Counted from the first letter of the stretch, positions 27,439-38,414 are shown. The stretch: DNA of 64,000 nucleotides from an uncultured Gammaproteobacteria bacterium (GCA_964444415.1 CAYUHE010000001.1:4889-68888); one strand, 5' to 3'. The notes: generated by a model not told the origin, from the letters alone. Translations and numbers: made by a program.

Positions 27439-29625
27439 TCAATCCAAACGCAAAGACGATGAATTTGAAGGTCTCGGTGCACTCGCAGGGCCATTTGATC
27501 TCAAAGGAATAGCAGGAGCTGAAGGTTTTGGAACAACAGATGGTCCTGGAACTTTTGTATAAGAAGGCACCGCTTGCTTAGTCGGAACTTTTTGAATTTC
27601 TTCATTTTTAGATTTAACTGGAGATTCCTTTGAAGACATCGGATTGATAGGTATATTAGGTATCAAATCACCGCCTTCAATTGGAGGCTCACCGCCTTCA
27701 GGAAGAGGTGCAATTGTAGGAGTACCACTCTGAACAACTTCTTCACTAGGCTGCAATTCAAACGTAGCAGGCAATTCTGACTTATCCAAAACAATTTCGG
27801 GATAATTAAACCCTGTATACGGAATATTTTGAAGAGCTGCTATCATATAATCTTTCCAAATCAAAGCAGGGACTGAACCGCCCGTAATCTTATGATTTGC
27901 TCTGTTTTTATCGTTCCCGACCCATACGCCTGTTACAATTTCAGGTGTATAAGCTATAATCCAAGCATCACGATAATCATCTGTGGTACCTGTTTTACCG
28001 GCTATTTGACGCCCCTCTATTTTGGCAGCTTTACCTGTACCAATATCAATTACTCTTTGCATCATAGCCGTCATAGCAGCTGCTACATAAGGGTCTAAGA
28101 CTCTTTTATAACTAGGTTTTGCTTGATATAAAATCTCGCCTGATGAAGTTTCAACTTTATCTATCGAATATGGTTCTGGCTGAATACCCGCATTCGCAAA
28201 AGCTGAATAAGCTTTAACCATTTCATATACTTTTACGGCATTTGAACCCAGTGCCATAGTTAAGTTTTTTTCAATCGGAGTAGAAATGCCTAAATCACGA
28301 GCCATTCTAAGAACATTATCCATGCCTACATCTTTTAAAAGCCTTACAGCTATGACGTTTGAAGACAATGCCAAAGCTGTGTGCAAAGGCAATTGTTTGC
28401 GGTATTTGTTTCCATAATTTCTCGGAGACCAAGGCCCCATCCTCAAAGGCAGGTCATCATACAAATCATTCGGAGTTTTGCCTGAAGCAATTGCTGCTGC
28501 ATAGACAAAAACCTTAAAAGAAGAACCCGGTTGACGAATAGCCTGAGTAACCCTGTCGTATTGGCTTTTACGATAGTCTTTTCCACCCATATATGCCAAA
28601 ATTTTTCCGTTGGCTACATCCATCGAAAGCAAAGCCACTTGCTCATCATCGCTGCTTAGGCCGTAGGCCCCAAAGTATTTATTGACGGCAATTTGAGCTG
28701 CTTCTTGTCCTTTATAATTAAGCGTTGTGGTAATTTTATAACCGCCCCTTGAAATTTCTCGTTCCGAAAAACCAAGTCCTTCAAGCTCATCCATCGCATA
28801 ATCTATAAAATAAGGTGCTTTATTCAAAGAAGTTCGGGAATGGTTTTTTTGCAAATAAATAGGTTCATGAAGTGCCTGTTTGTATTGATCTTTAGTTATA
28901 AATCCCATTTTGCGCATTCTTTTAAGTACAATTGCACGTCTTTTGAGTGCCAAATCCGGTCTTTTATATGGCGAATAAACTGATGGAGCCTGCGGAAGAC
29001 CTGCAATGAGAGCAGATTCTGCGAGAGTAAGCTGGTCTAAAGTTTTGCCAAAATACACATCAGCAGCGGCCGCCGCACCGTATGCTCCTTCTCCAAGATA
29101 CACAGTGCTCAAATAAAATGCCAAAATTTCATCTTTTGTAAGACTTTTTTCGATTCGATGTGAAATAACAAGTTCTTTAACTTTTCTGTCCATTGTTTTT
29201 TCGTTAGACAAAAATAAAATTCTTGCAAGCTGCTGAGTTATTGTACTTGCACCTTGAGAATAACGATTTGCCTGAATATTAAAGAATAGCGACCTGAAAA
29301 GTGCGAATAAATCGAACCCTCTGTGCTTATAAAAATTCTTGTCTTCTGTCGCAATAAGAGCATATTTAAGATTGTCAGGAATTTCCTCAGGGCTTACTGT
29401 CATTGCCTTGTAGGCGCTGAAAGTTTTAATAATTTCACCATCTTGAGACACAAATTGCGTTACAAGATTCGGGCTGTATGTTTTAAGGTTCTTGATAGGA
29501 GGCAGCAAAGCCAAATACAAATTAAACGCAATCACACAAGCAAAAAATCCTGCGAGCAGCATAACTATAGTATTTGTATCTATTTTTTTAGGCTGATTTT
29601 TTTTACTGTTTTTTTGAATTGCCAT
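27439..29625 (-). CDS. Bifunctional class A penicillin-binding protein (PBP1A type; GT51 transglycosylase + transpeptidase)
   Basis: 728 aa. Has ATEDKNFYKHRGFD, GASTITQQLAR, the SSFK active-site serine motif and KTGTT. Pro-rich C-terminal tail of about 100 aa. Confidence 0.9.
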   Translation of the reverse strand: MAIQKNSKKNQPKKIDTNTIVMLLAGFFACVIAFNLYLALLPPIKNLKTYSPNLVTQFVSQDGEIIKTFSAYKAMTVSPEEIPDNLKYALIATEDKNFYKHRGFDLFALFRSLFFNIQANRYSQGASTITQQLARILFLSNEKTMDRKVKELVISHRIEKSLTKDEILAFYLSTVYLGEGAYGAAAAADVYFGKTLDQLTLAESALIAGLPQAPSVYSPYKRPDLALKRRAIVLKRMRKMGFITKDQYKQALHEPIYLQKNHSRTSLNKAPYFIDYAMDELEGLGFSEREISRGGYKITTTLNYKGQEAAQIAVNKYFGAYGLSSDDEQVALLSMDVANGKILAYMGGKDYRKSQYDRVTQAIRQPGSSFKVFVYAAAIASGKTPNDLYDDLPLRMGPWSPRNYGNKYRKQLPLHTALALSSNVIAVRLLKDVGMDNVLRMARDLGISTPIEKNLTMALGSNAVKVYEMVKAYSAFANAGIQPEPYSIDKVETSSGEILYQAKPSYKRVLDPYVAAAMTAMMQRVIDIGTGKAAKIEGRQIAGKTGTTDDYRDAWIIAYTPEIVTGVWVGNDKNRANHKITGGSVPALIWKDYMIAALQNIPYTGFNYPEIVLDKSELPATFELQPSEEVVQSGTPTIAPLPEGGEPPIEGGDLIPNIPINPMSSKESPVKSKNEEIQKVPTKQAVPSYTKVPGPSVVPKPSAPAIPLRSNGPASAPRPSNSSSLRLD

Positions 29626-29706
29626 CTTCTATTTCCAATAAATTACTACTTATATTAATATTATACTAATATATTAACAAAAGCATGCAATTTTGGGTAA
29701 AAATAA

Positions 29707-30108
29707 TTGAAATTTTTAAATTACATAGCACCTATTTATTACGAATTCTTAGCAAAATTTGTTCCGCAAAAAGTTTTATACAAAATAAAAGGCGAATGTC
29801 TAAAGTGTGGAAAATGCTGCAGATACCTTCATTGCGAAGGATTAGGCTCTGAAATAGAATTTGCTTTTTTGCAATTTATTTATCCTGAATATCGAAATTT
29901 TAAAATTGCAGGCACAGATGAAATGGGGAATTTTGTTATAACTTGCAAATTAATTGATAAAGAGAATCTTTGCCCTATTTATCACAAAAGATCTTCTGTG
30001 TGCCAAAAATATCCTTCTTTTAAAAAACGCCCTAAAGGTATACTCCATAAAGGCTGTGGCTTTTCGATACACCCTGAAAAATCTTTTAAGGCTTTTTTAG
30101 AGAAATAA
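29707..30108 (+). CDS. YkgJ-family cysteine-cluster protein (CxxCxxCC)
   Basis: 133 aa. Has CLKCGKCCRYL and CPIYHKRSSVCQKYP. TTG start, not well supported. Confidence 0.65.
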   Translation: MKFLNYIAPIYYEFLAKFVPQKVLYKIKGECLKCGKCCRYLHCEGLGSEIEFAFLQFIYPEYRNFKIAGTDEMGNFVITCKLIDKENLCPIYHKRSSVCQKYPSFKKRPKGILHKGCGFSIHPEKSFKAFLEK

Positions 30109-30155
30109 ATTTTATTTATAATACAATTGAAACAGTTAAAATTACAGGTTCAAAA

Positions 30156-31796
30156 ATGAAAATAGCACTCGCTCAAATCAACCCGAAAATCGGTGATTTA
30201 AAAAACAATACAAAAAAAATTATCGCCAATATCGAAAAAGCAAAATCTGAAAAGGTCGACTTGGTAATATTTTCAGAACTATCAATTACCGGGTATTCCC
30301 CTTTTGATTTGCTAGATTTTGAGGCTTTTGTGCATGATAATCTTGCCTCTTTAGACGAAATCAAAGCCCACACTCAAGGAATTGGAGTGATTTTAGGGTT
30401 TGTAGATTTTAATTCAGAACCTAAAGGCAAAAAATATCGAAATTCCGCAGCTTTATTACATAACGGCGAAATTATCGCCAAATATAATAAAATGCTTTTG
30501 CCTTATTACGATGTTTTCCACGAAACACGCTACTTTGAACCAGGTGAGGATGTTTGTGTTGTAGATTTTTTGGGAAAAAAAATAGGTCTTAGCATTTGTG
30601 AAGATCTTTGGAATGACATAAGCAGCTTTCATTACCAGCAATATATTATGAACCCGATTGAAGATTTGGCGCAAAAAAAGCCTGATTTTATAGTGAATCT
30701 ATCCGCATCTCCGTATATTTTGTACAAAGAAGATAAAAGATTTGAAATAACTAAAAATTTGGCCAAAAAATACAATATTCCATTCATTTACGTCAATCAA
30801 GTCGGCGCAAATGATGACCTGCTCTTTGACGGAAACAGTTTTGTGATGAACACAAATGGCGAAATAACATCTATGTGCAACGATTTTGAAGAGGATTTTG
30901 TTATTTATGATACTGAAACAGGCAAAGGCGAAATGCGTCCAAATTCAAAATGTATTGAAGAAAAAATCATCAAAGCAATAACTATGGGGCTGAGAGACTA
31001 TTGCCAAAAACTTGGCTTTAAAAAAGTAATTTTAGGATTATCAGGGGGTATTGACTCCGCTTTGACTGCATATTTTGCCAAAGAAGCTCTTGGGGCTGAA
31101 AATATTTTAGGCATCACCATGCCAAGCAAATATTCTTCCACAGGAAGCGTCAAAGATTCTGAAGATTTGGCAAAAAATCTTGACATAGATTTTAAAAATA
31201 TCTCAATAGCACCAATGTTTGATGCATTTAAAGAACAACTCGGCGAAGATGTAATCACAGGGCTGGCGGAAGAAAATCTTCAAGCAAGACTACGCTCAAA
31301 TATTTTGATGGCCTATTCAAACAAAGGCGGGTATTTGCTGCTTTCAACAGGCAATAAATCCGAGCTTGCAGTAGGTTATTGCACCATTTACGGCGATATG
31401 TCAGGAGGTTTGAGCCTGATTTCTGATTTGCCAAAGACTTTTGTCTATAAAGTTTGCAAATTCATCAACAGAAACGGCGAAATCATTCCAAATTCCACCA
31501 TCGAAAAAGCCCCTTCAGCGGAACTTAGGCCCGATCAAACAGACCAAGATTCGCTGCCTGATTATGAGGTTTTGGATGATATTATCGAAGATTATATAGT
31601 CCTAAATCAGCCCACAGAAAAGATTTACCAAAAATACGGCAAAGAGCTGGTCGATGATATTATCTCCAAAATCACTAAAGCCGAATACAAAAGAAAACAA
31701 GCGACTTTAGGACTAAAAATCACCCCAAAAGCCTTTGGAAGCGGGCGAAAAATCCCGATAACCCAAGGTTATGACTTTACAAAAAAATGTACTTAG
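30156..31796 (+). CDS. nadE: Glutamine-dependent NAD+ synthetase (CN-hydrolase + NAD synthase domains)
   Basis: 546 aa. N-terminal nitrilase-like domain (IALAQINP, ICEDLW) and a C-terminal LGLSGGIDSAL PP-loop. Confidence 0.9.
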   Translation: MKIALAQINPKIGDLKNNTKKIIANIEKAKSEKVDLVIFSELSITGYSPFDLLDFEAFVHDNLASLDEIKAHTQGIGVILGFVDFNSEPKGKKYRNSAALLHNGEIIAKYNKMLLPYYDVFHETRYFEPGEDVCVVDFLGKKIGLSICEDLWNDISSFHYQQYIMNPIEDLAQKKPDFIVNLSASPYILYKEDKRFEITKNLAKKYNIPFIYVNQVGANDDLLFDGNSFVMNTNGEITSMCNDFEEDFVIYDTETGKGEMRPNSKCIEEKIIKAITMGLRDYCQKLGFKKVILGLSGGIDSALTAYFAKEALGAENILGITMPSKYSSTGSVKDSEDLAKNLDIDFKNISIAPMFDAFKEQLGEDVITGLAEENLQARLRSNILMAYSNKGGYLLLSTGNKSELAVGYCTIYGDMSGGLSLISDLPKTFVYKVCKFINRNGEIIPNSTIEKAPSAELRPDQTDQDSLPDYEVLDDIIEDYIVLNQPTEKIYQKYGKELVDDIISKITKAEYKRKQATLGLKITPKAFGSGRKIPITQGYDFTKKCT

Positions 31797-32803
31797 TCTA
31801 AAAGACTATTGTCTAATTGAACTTCTGTAGATTCAGACTCAGAAGCATCAGGCATTTCTGCAGCAGATAAAGGCTCTTCTACTATAACATCTGATGATTT
31901 GTAATTTACCAAATAAATAAACTTATACAAAACAAAAGGATTAAAAGCCTTAGAACCTTCCGCTATCATTATTTTAATAGCATCAGCGGAAGTCATCGGA
32001 TCTTTATAAACTCTTTGCGATACAAGCGCATCATACACATCTGCTATAGAAGTAATTTGGGAAAACAAAGAAATTTCTTTGCCTTTCAGCCCATGCGGAT
32101 AGCCTGAACCATTATATTTTTCTTGGTGCTCAAGTGCTACAAGAGCAATTCTCTCAGCAAGTCCCATTTGATTCTTGATAATATCATAGCCATATTTTGC
32201 ATGTTGTTTCATAACATCAAGTTCTTTTGGAATAAGCGGCTTGGCCTTATTCAAAATTTCAAGAGGAATTTTAGACTTGCCTATATCATGCAAAAAAGCT
32301 GCTAATGTTAAATCCTGAATATCTTTTTCATTAAAATCAAATTTCATCGCCAGAGCAGAACATATTGAAGACACGTTTACACCGTGAGAAAAGGTGTATT
32401 CATCAATAATTCTAAGCTGATGAATAGATTCAACCTGATCAATTTTGGCGCTGATTTCATCTATTATGACATCCCGTGTTGCCTCACAAAGAGTCGTATC
32501 CGGCAGTTCTCCCGCTTCAATCTGGCGAATAATTTTTTTGGTATTCCCGACAAGATAATCAGCAATTTCTTGAGAATAAACAGCTACCAAATTCTCTTTA
32601 GGAACATTATACTTGGCTTTGGAAATCTCTGATACCAAAGGCTCTTCACTATCAGCCCGATATACATTAATTACGCTAAATTGTAAAATCATACTTGGTG
32701 TCAAAGGCGTTCCCTTTTGATATACAACTTCTCTAAAAGAATTGTACAAATCAAAATCTAAGGAATCTTTTCCTACATGTTCCAGAACTACAACTTTTTG
32801 CAT
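31793..32803 (-). CDS. HD-GYP domain protein (probable c-di-GMP phosphodiesterase)
   Basis: 336 aa. Has FLHDIGKSKIP and HQEKYNGSGYPHGLKG. Confidence 0.85.
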   Translation of the reverse strand: MQKVVVLEHVGKDSLDFDLYNSFREVVYQKGTPLTPSMILQFSVINVYRADSEEPLVSEISKAKYNVPKENLVAVYSQEIADYLVGNTKKIIRQIEAGELPDTTLCEATRDVIIDEISAKIDQVESIHQLRIIDEYTFSHGVNVSSICSALAMKFDFNEKDIQDLTLAAFLHDIGKSKIPLEILNKAKPLIPKELDVMKQHAKYGYDIIKNQMGLAERIALVALEHQEKYNGSGYPHGLKGKEISLFSQITSIADVYDALVSQRVYKDPMTSADAIKIMIAEGSKAFNPFVLYKFIYLVNYKSSDVIVEEPLSAAEMPDASESESTEVQLDNSLLD

Positions 32804-32895
32804 ATTTTTATGCTCACTTGGCTAATTAACACGGTTCCAATAATTTTAGTATAACTTATTTAATAATATCAAAGCAACCGAAATAAGAGAAATTT

Positions 32896-33201
32896 ATGAG
32901 AATTTTTGCCCTTTTTCTATTTATACTATTTTGGAGTCACTCTCCAATGCTCAAAGCTGAAGAAAATTTTTACAACGATGATATTTCTCAACTGCGAAGC
33001 CTGAACTCAGAATTGACCGAACAGCTTTCATCTGCAACACAAGAAATAAACAAGCTTCAGTTGGAAAATTATAAGCTCAAAATTTCTGATGAAATCCAAA
33101 AAGAACTCATCAAAACCCAAAAAGAACTCGAAAATAAATCATACGAAGTCAGAGTTTTAAGGCAAAAACTAATGATTTCTAAAGATGAAAAAAATATCTA
33201 A
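32896..33201 (+). CDS. Small secreted coiled-coil protein, hypothetical
   Basis: 101 aa. Signal-peptide-like [21 protein letters not shown], then heptad-rich sequence. Its 3' end overlaps the rmlA stop convergently. Confidence 0.45.
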   Translation: MRIFALFLFILFWSHSPMLKAEENFYNDDISQLRSLNSELTEQLSSATQEINKLQLENYKLKISDEIQKELIKTQKELENKSYEVRVLRQKLMISKDEKNI

Positions 33202-34067
33202 TAATTCTCGGCAACTCTCAAAACATAGCTAAAATACTCATTATTTTTGTATTTTAAGGCTATTTCAATCACTTGTTCCTTGCTCAAATATCCCATGCGA
33301 AGTGCAATTTCTTCCAAACAAGCTATTTTGATGTCTTGGTTTTCTTCGATTGTGTGGACATACTGTGAAGCCTGCAACAGAGAATTGTGAGTCCCTGTAT
33401 CAAGCCATGCAAAGCCACGTCCAAGATTTTGGACATCAAGCTGATTTTTCTCCAAATAAACTCTGTTCAAGTCAGTAATTTCAAGCTCCCCTCTTGTAGA
33501 TGGCTTGAGATTTTTGGCATATTCAACTACTTTATTATCATAAAAATATAAACCTGTAACTGCAAAATTCGATTTTGGTTTAGCTGGTTTTTCTTCAATG
33601 GAAACAGCTTTGCCATTTTCGTCAAATTCAACCACTCCAAATCTTTCAGGGTCTTTCACTTGATAACCAAAGACTGTCGCGCCTTCAATTTTTTTTCTTG
33701 CTTCCTTAAGCATTTTTGAAAAACCTACGCCATAAAAAATATTGTCCCCCAAAACCATTGCAACAGAGTCATTGCCGATAAATTCTTCCCCTAAAATAAA
33801 GGCTTGGGCAAGTCCATCAGGGCTTGGCTGTTCTTTATAAGAAAATCTTACCCCGAACTGTTCGCCTGTACCGAGAAGTTTTTTGAAGTTTGGCAAATCA
33901 TAAGGCGTCGAAATGATAAGTATATCCTGAATTCCAGCAAGCATCAAAACCGAAACAGGATGATAAATCATAGGTTTATCATATACGGGCAATAATTGTT
34001 TCGAAACAGACATTGTACTAGGATAAAGCCTTGTACCGGAGCCACCTGCAAGAACTATTCCTTTCAT
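33198..34067 (-). CDS. rmlA: Glucose-1-phosphate thymidylyltransferase
   Basis: 289 aa. Has [30 protein letters not shown], and YFYD. Confidence 0.95.
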   Translation of the reverse strand: MKGIVLAGGSGTRLYPSTMSVSKQLLPVYDKPMIYHPVSVLMLAGIQDILIISTPYDLPNFKKLLGTGEQFGVRFSYKEQPSPDGLAQAFILGEEFIGNDSVAMVLGDNIFYGVGFSKMLKEARKKIEGATVFGYQVKDPERFGVVEFDENGKAVSIEEKPAKPKSNFAVTGLYFYDNKVVEYAKNLKPSTRGELEITDLNRVYLEKNQLDVQNLGRGFAWLDTGTHNSLLQASQYVHTIEENQDIKIACLEEIALRMGYLSKEQVIEIALKYKNNEYFSYVLRVAENY

Positions 34068-34068
34068 T

Positions 34069-34896
34069 TTAACCTCGCATTTCTATGTATTTTTTGAGAG
34101 CTTCTTTCCAATGTTGACAAAAACCTGCATTATCCATTACAGAATAGTTTGGACGTTTTGCAGGACGAGGAAATTCATCACTTGAGCAAGGAAGTACTTT
34201 TGTGGCAATTTCCAAAAGATTTAGAGCTTCGCAGGCAAATTCATGCCAGCTTGTTTTTCCACTTCCGCAAAAATGATAAATTCCATAAGGTTTATTTTCT
34301 TTTATCAAAGATAAAATAAATTCTGCCAAATCTACTGTCCAAGTAGGACAACCGATTTGGTCATTTACGACTTTGAGTTCTGGCATTTTTTGTGCCAAAT
34401 CAATAATTGTTTCGACAAAATTTTTGCCCTTATGCCCATAAAGCCAGCTTGTACGAACTATATAATATTTTTTGCAATATTTTTCAATTGCAATCTCGCC
34501 ATCAGCTTTGCTTTGCCCATAAATTCCAAGCGGATTTCTTGTATCTGTAGGCAAATATGGTTCACAAGCTTCGCCATTAAAAACATAATCGGTTGAAATA
34601 TAAACCAAAGGAATTTCTTTATCAGCACAGATTTTTGCAATATTCTCAGTACCTTTGGCATTTATCAAAAAAGCTGTTTGAGAATCCTGCTCTGCCTTAT
34701 CCACATTAGTATATGCGGCACAATGAATGACAAAATCAGGATTATGATACTTGATGACATATTCTGCCTGATTAAAATTAGTGATATTCAAATTATCCAC
34801 GTCAGTTTCGAGGACTTTATATCCTTCTTGTTTAAGTATTGGGCATAAATCCTGCCCTAACATACCTTTTGCTCCAGTAACAAGGACTTTTTTCAT
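34069..34896 (-). CDS. rmlD: dTDP-4-dehydrorhamnose reductase
   Basis: 275 aa. Has [29 protein letters not shown] and YGQSK. Confidence 0.9.
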   Translation of the reverse strand: MKKVLVTGAKGMLGQDLCPILKQEGYKVLETDVDNLNITNFNQAEYVIKYHNPDFVIHCAAYTNVDKAEQDSQTAFLINAKGTENIAKICADKEIPLVYISTDYVFNGEACEPYLPTDTRNPLGIYGQSKADGEIAIEKYCKKYYIVRTSWLYGHKGKNFVETIIDLAQKMPELKVVNDQIGCPTWTVDLAEFILSLIKENKPYGIYHFCGSGKTSWHEFACEALNLLEIATKVLPCSSDEFPRPAKRPNYSVMDNAGFCQHWKEALKKYIEMRG

Positions 34897-35877
34897 CTAA
34901 ACTAAACTCGCTTTCTTTGACTCTAAGGTTTTTATCCACTCCTGATTATTCAAATACCAGTCTATTGTTAGTTTTATGCCCTCTTCGAAAGTCAAAGACG
35001 GTTCCCATCCAAGCTCTGTTTGAATTTTTGTATTATCAATCGCATAACGTCTGTCATGCCCAAGCCTATCTTCGACGTATTTTATGGAGCTTTCATCTTT
35101 ACCCATTGCATCTAAAATGATGTTGGTAATTTCCATATTTGTTTTTTCGTTATGCCCACCGATGTTATATACTTCACCGATTTTACCTTTGTGAAGAACA
35201 ACATCAATAGCAGCACAATGGTCATAGACATATAGCCAATCTCGAACATTCAGTCCGTCTCCATAAACAGGGACTTTTTCACCTTTCAAAAGTTGTGAAA
35301 TAAAGAAGGGAATAAGTTTTTCAGGATATTGATACGGACCATAGTTATTTGAGCAGCGAGTAATCAAAACAGGCATGCCGTAAGTCTCAAAATAAGCTCT
35401 CACAAGCATATCCGCTGATGCTTTACTTGCAGAATACGGGCTATTAGGAGCTATTGGCGTGTTTTCTGTAAAATAACCTGTTTTGCCCAAAGAACCATAA
35501 ACTTCATCAGTTGAAACTTGAAGATATCTTTGAACTCCAGCTTCTTTGGCGGCTTGAAGCAAATTCAAAGTTCCTTTTACATTTGTATCTATAAAAATCT
35601 CGGGACCTGTAATACTTCTATCTACGTGGCTTTCAGCAGCAAAATTGACTACTGTGTCAACTTGCGAAATCAAATCACTTACCAGATTTTTGTCACAAAT
35701 ATCGCCATGTATAAAAGTGTAATTAGGGTTATCTTTGACATCGTTGAGGTTTTCGATATTTCCTGCATAAGTAAGAACATCAAGGTTTATCACTTGATAG
35801 TCATGATATTTGTTCAGCACATGTCTGACAAAACAACTTCCGATAAAACCTGCACCGCCTGTTACTAATAACTTCAT
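34897..35877 (-). CDS. rmlB: dTDP-glucose 4,6-dehydratase
   Basis: 326 aa. Has LLVTGGAGFIGS, AAESHVDRS, STDEVYG and YSASKA. Confidence 0.95.
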   Translation of the reverse strand: MKLLVTGGAGFIGSCFVRHVLNKYHDYQVINLDVLTYAGNIENLNDVKDNPNYTFIHGDICDKNLVSDLISQVDTVVNFAAESHVDRSITGPEIFIDTNVKGTLNLLQAAKEAGVQRYLQVSTDEVYGSLGKTGYFTENTPIAPNSPYSASKASADMLVRAYFETYGMPVLITRCSNNYGPYQYPEKLIPFFISQLLKGEKVPVYGDGLNVRDWLYVYDHCAAIDVVLHKGKIGEVYNIGGHNEKTNMEITNIILDAMGKDESSIKYVEDRLGHDRRYAIDNTKIQTELGWEPSLTFEEGIKLTIDWYLNNQEWIKTLESKKASLV

Positions 35878-36431
35878 AGTAATTCCTCATTTGCTAAATC
35901 TTTAAAAAATGGCTGAAGGTTGTCCTTTTCGCTGACTAAAGGTTCAAAATCCAAGCCCCAATCAATATTTATGGCCGGGTCATTCCATCTTATACCCCTA
36001 TCGAGTTCTTGGCAAAATTCATTCGATGCCTTATATAATAACTCAGCTTCATCGGATAAAACAACAAAGCCATGGGCAAAACCTGCAGGAATATAAAGCA
36101 TTTTTTTATTTTCTTCTGATAATTCATATCCAACCCATTGTCCAAAAGTTTTTGAACCGCCCCGTATATCAACAGCCACGTCAAAAATCCTTCCATTAGT
36201 ACATCTTACCAATTTGGCTTGAGATTTTGGATTTAGCTGATAATGAAGCCCCCTAAGCACGCCTTTTGTGGACTTTGAATGATTATCCTGAAAAAAATCA
36301 TCCATAATGCCATTTTGGACAAAATCAGATTTTTTATAAGTTTCCGCAAAAAAACCTCTATTATCGCCAAAAACTTTTGGCTCTACTAAGATGACATCTT
36401 CAATTTTAGTTTTCTGAAAAACAAATGGCAT
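35874..36431 (-). CDS. rmlC: dTDP-4-dehydrorhamnose 3,5-epimerase
   Basis: 185 aa cupin. Has FGDNRGFF, RGLHYQ, KLVRC and GFAHGF. ATGA overlap with rmlB. Confidence 0.9.
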   Translation of the reverse strand: MPFVFQKTKIEDVILVEPKVFGDNRGFFAETYKKSDFVQNGIMDDFFQDNHSKSTKGVLRGLHYQLNPKSQAKLVRCTNGRIFDVAVDIRGGSKTFGQWVGYELSEENKKMLYIPAGFAHGFVVLSDEAELLYKASNEFCQELDRGIRWNDPAINIDWGLDFEPLVSEKDNLQPFFKDLANEELL

Positions 36432-36472
36432 AAAATTCTCTTTTTATTAATTATATTAAATAAAATTAATCC

Positions 36473-37216
36473 CTACAAGGTATAAATTTTACATATTTTT
36501 TTGAATGTAGAAACATCTATTACAGAAAAAGCTTCTGCATAATCCACATTAGGCAATAATCCTCTGAAATTATTCAACCCTACAGTTTTTCGGGTGTAAT
36601 TTTTGCTCGCAAGCTGAGATTTATAAATTTCGATAAGTACCTTTTTTTCTTCAATTACATCAGAAATATCCACATAAAGATTTGGCAATGCAAGTGTTTG
36701 CCAAACTTCGTAAAAAGCTATTTTTAAAGTTTTTTTATGTTTCTCGCTCTTTAAAAGCTCCTTCAAAAGTATCGAAACAGCTTTGTGATCCCTATGCTGG
36801 TCAATTATATTAGGTATAAAAATATAATCATATTGAGAAATATCTATTTTTTTAAAATCTTTTGAATGCAAAACCAGTTTTCTATCTTCTATATGGTCAA
36901 AAAAACTGTATGAATTTAATTTTAGCCTTTGCATTGCTTGTTCAAATTCATTTTTGCGAATGTTTATTTTTTCTATTTCCAAAAGCTCCTGAGCAACTCC
37001 GCCTGTGCCGTTTGTTATGCAAATAACATCAAACAATTCGCCTTTTTTGATAAGCGTTCCGCCCATGCCTATACTTTCATCATCAGGATGAGGCGCAAGG
37101 CAAAGACATCTTGCATCTTGGCTTAATTCCAAAGCATTGAATTCTGTATTCATTGCAAGAAAAGCTCTGTATATTTTGGATATTAAAAAGTCAAATAAAA
37201 ATTGCTGAAATTTCAT
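36473..37216 (-). CDS. PIG-L/LmbE-family N-acetylglucosaminyl deacetylase
   Basis: 247 aa. Has LCLAPHPDDESIGMGGTL and HRDH. Confidence 0.8.
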   Translation of the reverse strand: MKFQQFLFDFLISKIYRAFLAMNTEFNALELSQDARCLCLAPHPDDESIGMGGTLIKKGELFDVICITNGTGGVAQELLEIEKINIRKNEFEQAMQRLKLNSYSFFDHIEDRKLVLHSKDFKKIDISQYDYIFIPNIIDQHRDHKAVSILLKELLKSEKHKKTLKIAFYEVWQTLALPNLYVDISDVIEEKKVLIEIYKSQLASKNYTRKTVGLNNFRGLLPNVDYAEAFSVIDVSTFKKICKIYTL

Positions 37217-37322
37217 ACTCTACTCCAATTTTAAAATAATACCATAGAAAAATCCAACTATCGGAATATTTTTTTGTTTATTTTATACTTATTATAAATA
37301 AAATTACAGGAATACTAATCTA

Positions 37323-38414
37323 ATGCCCTCTAAAAAAATAGCGGTAATACATAGCGGTTTCCAAAATGATTATTTGGATAAATTATTCAGCCTATTTAAT
37401 GATGAAGGCTATCAGGTCGATTTTTATACTAGAAATAAAGAAATTAACGAATACCCGAATGTAAAAAACATCTACCATTTTGAATCCAAAGTGGATGAAA
37501 AAAATCCTGAATTGATTGAAAAAATAAGCAAAGAAATAGAACTTTTAATAAAAGACAAAAACTATGATTACATTTTAAGCGATTGCTGCCCTTTAAGCTT
37601 TGGCAGTAATGTTTTTCATCGTCATTCTTTGGATTATCGCAAAAGTTTAAGCCCTAATTTTATTTATGAATTTCTTTTTGCTTTTGGACACCTAAAAGAG
37701 TTGAATTATTTCAAAAAATGGCACACTCAGAAGCACCAAAAAATATTTGTGATGTCAAATGAAATGAAAAAAGACTATGCTAAAGCACTTTCCATCCCTA
37801 AAGAAAAAATAGTAGTGTTGACTCCCGGGTTTAATACAAACCCGACTACAAATATCGAATCTGAAAGGAAAAATAATTCGACTGATGAATTTATCTTTGG
37901 ATTATCTGCAATGGGTTTTAGTTCCAAAGGCGGATATATTTTGCTCGATGCAATGAGACGCATCAAATATAAAAATATAAAATGCAAAATCATTTATCCA
38001 AAACATGAAAAAAATTATTATTTAAAATTTTTAATCCAAATTATGGGAATTAAAGATAGAGTGGAATTTGTAGGCGTCCAAAAAAACATGACAGAATTTT
38101 ACAATTCAATTGATTGTCTTGTGGTAAGTTCTTTATCAGAAGCTTTTGGCAGAGTCGTAACTGAAGCAATGATTAATAAAACACCTGTAATTATCGGCTC
38201 CAATGTGGGTGCATGCGATATTATAAATGATGGGCAAAATGGATTTGTTTTCGAGTTCGACAAAAATTCCGGCAAAAATCTCGCTCTAAAAATGAGCGAA
38301 GTTTATGAGAAAAGGAATAATCTGGAAAGCCTTATAGCTAATGCTTATGAAACAGCTTTAGGACTTTCTTGGGACAATTTTGCCCAAAAAATATTTGAAG
38401 AAATAAAAAAATAA
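37323..38414 (+). CDS. Glycosyltransferase, GT4 (GT-B, group 1)
   Basis: 363 aa. C-terminal EAFGRVVTEAMINKTPVI (E-x7-E type motif). Confidence 0.8.
   Translation: MPSKKIAVIHSGFQNDYLDKLFSLFNDEGYQVDFYTRNKEINEYPNVKNIYHFESKVDEKNPELIEKISKEIELLIKDKNYDYILSDCCPLSFGSNVFHRHSLDYRKSLSPNFIYEFLFAFGHLKELNYFKKWHTQKHQKIFVMSNEMKKDYAKALSIPKEKIVVLTPGFNTNPTTNIESERKNNSTDEFIFGLSAMGFSSKGGYILLDAMRRIKYKNIKCKIIYPKHEKNYYLKFLIQIMGIKDRVEFVGVQKNMTEFYNSIDCLVVSSLSEAFGRVVTEAMINKTPVIIGSNVGACDIINDGQNGFVFEFDKNSGKNLALKMSEVYEKRNNLESLIANAYETALGLSWDNFAQKIFEEIKK

Noticed and set aside
27294-27512. 72-aa plus-strand ORF between the RHH gene and PBP1A
   Set aside because: It has a TTG start and runs into, and antisense to, the PBP1A 3' end. 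It has no RBS and no domain. Only the promoter-like sequence at its 5' end was kept as an observation.
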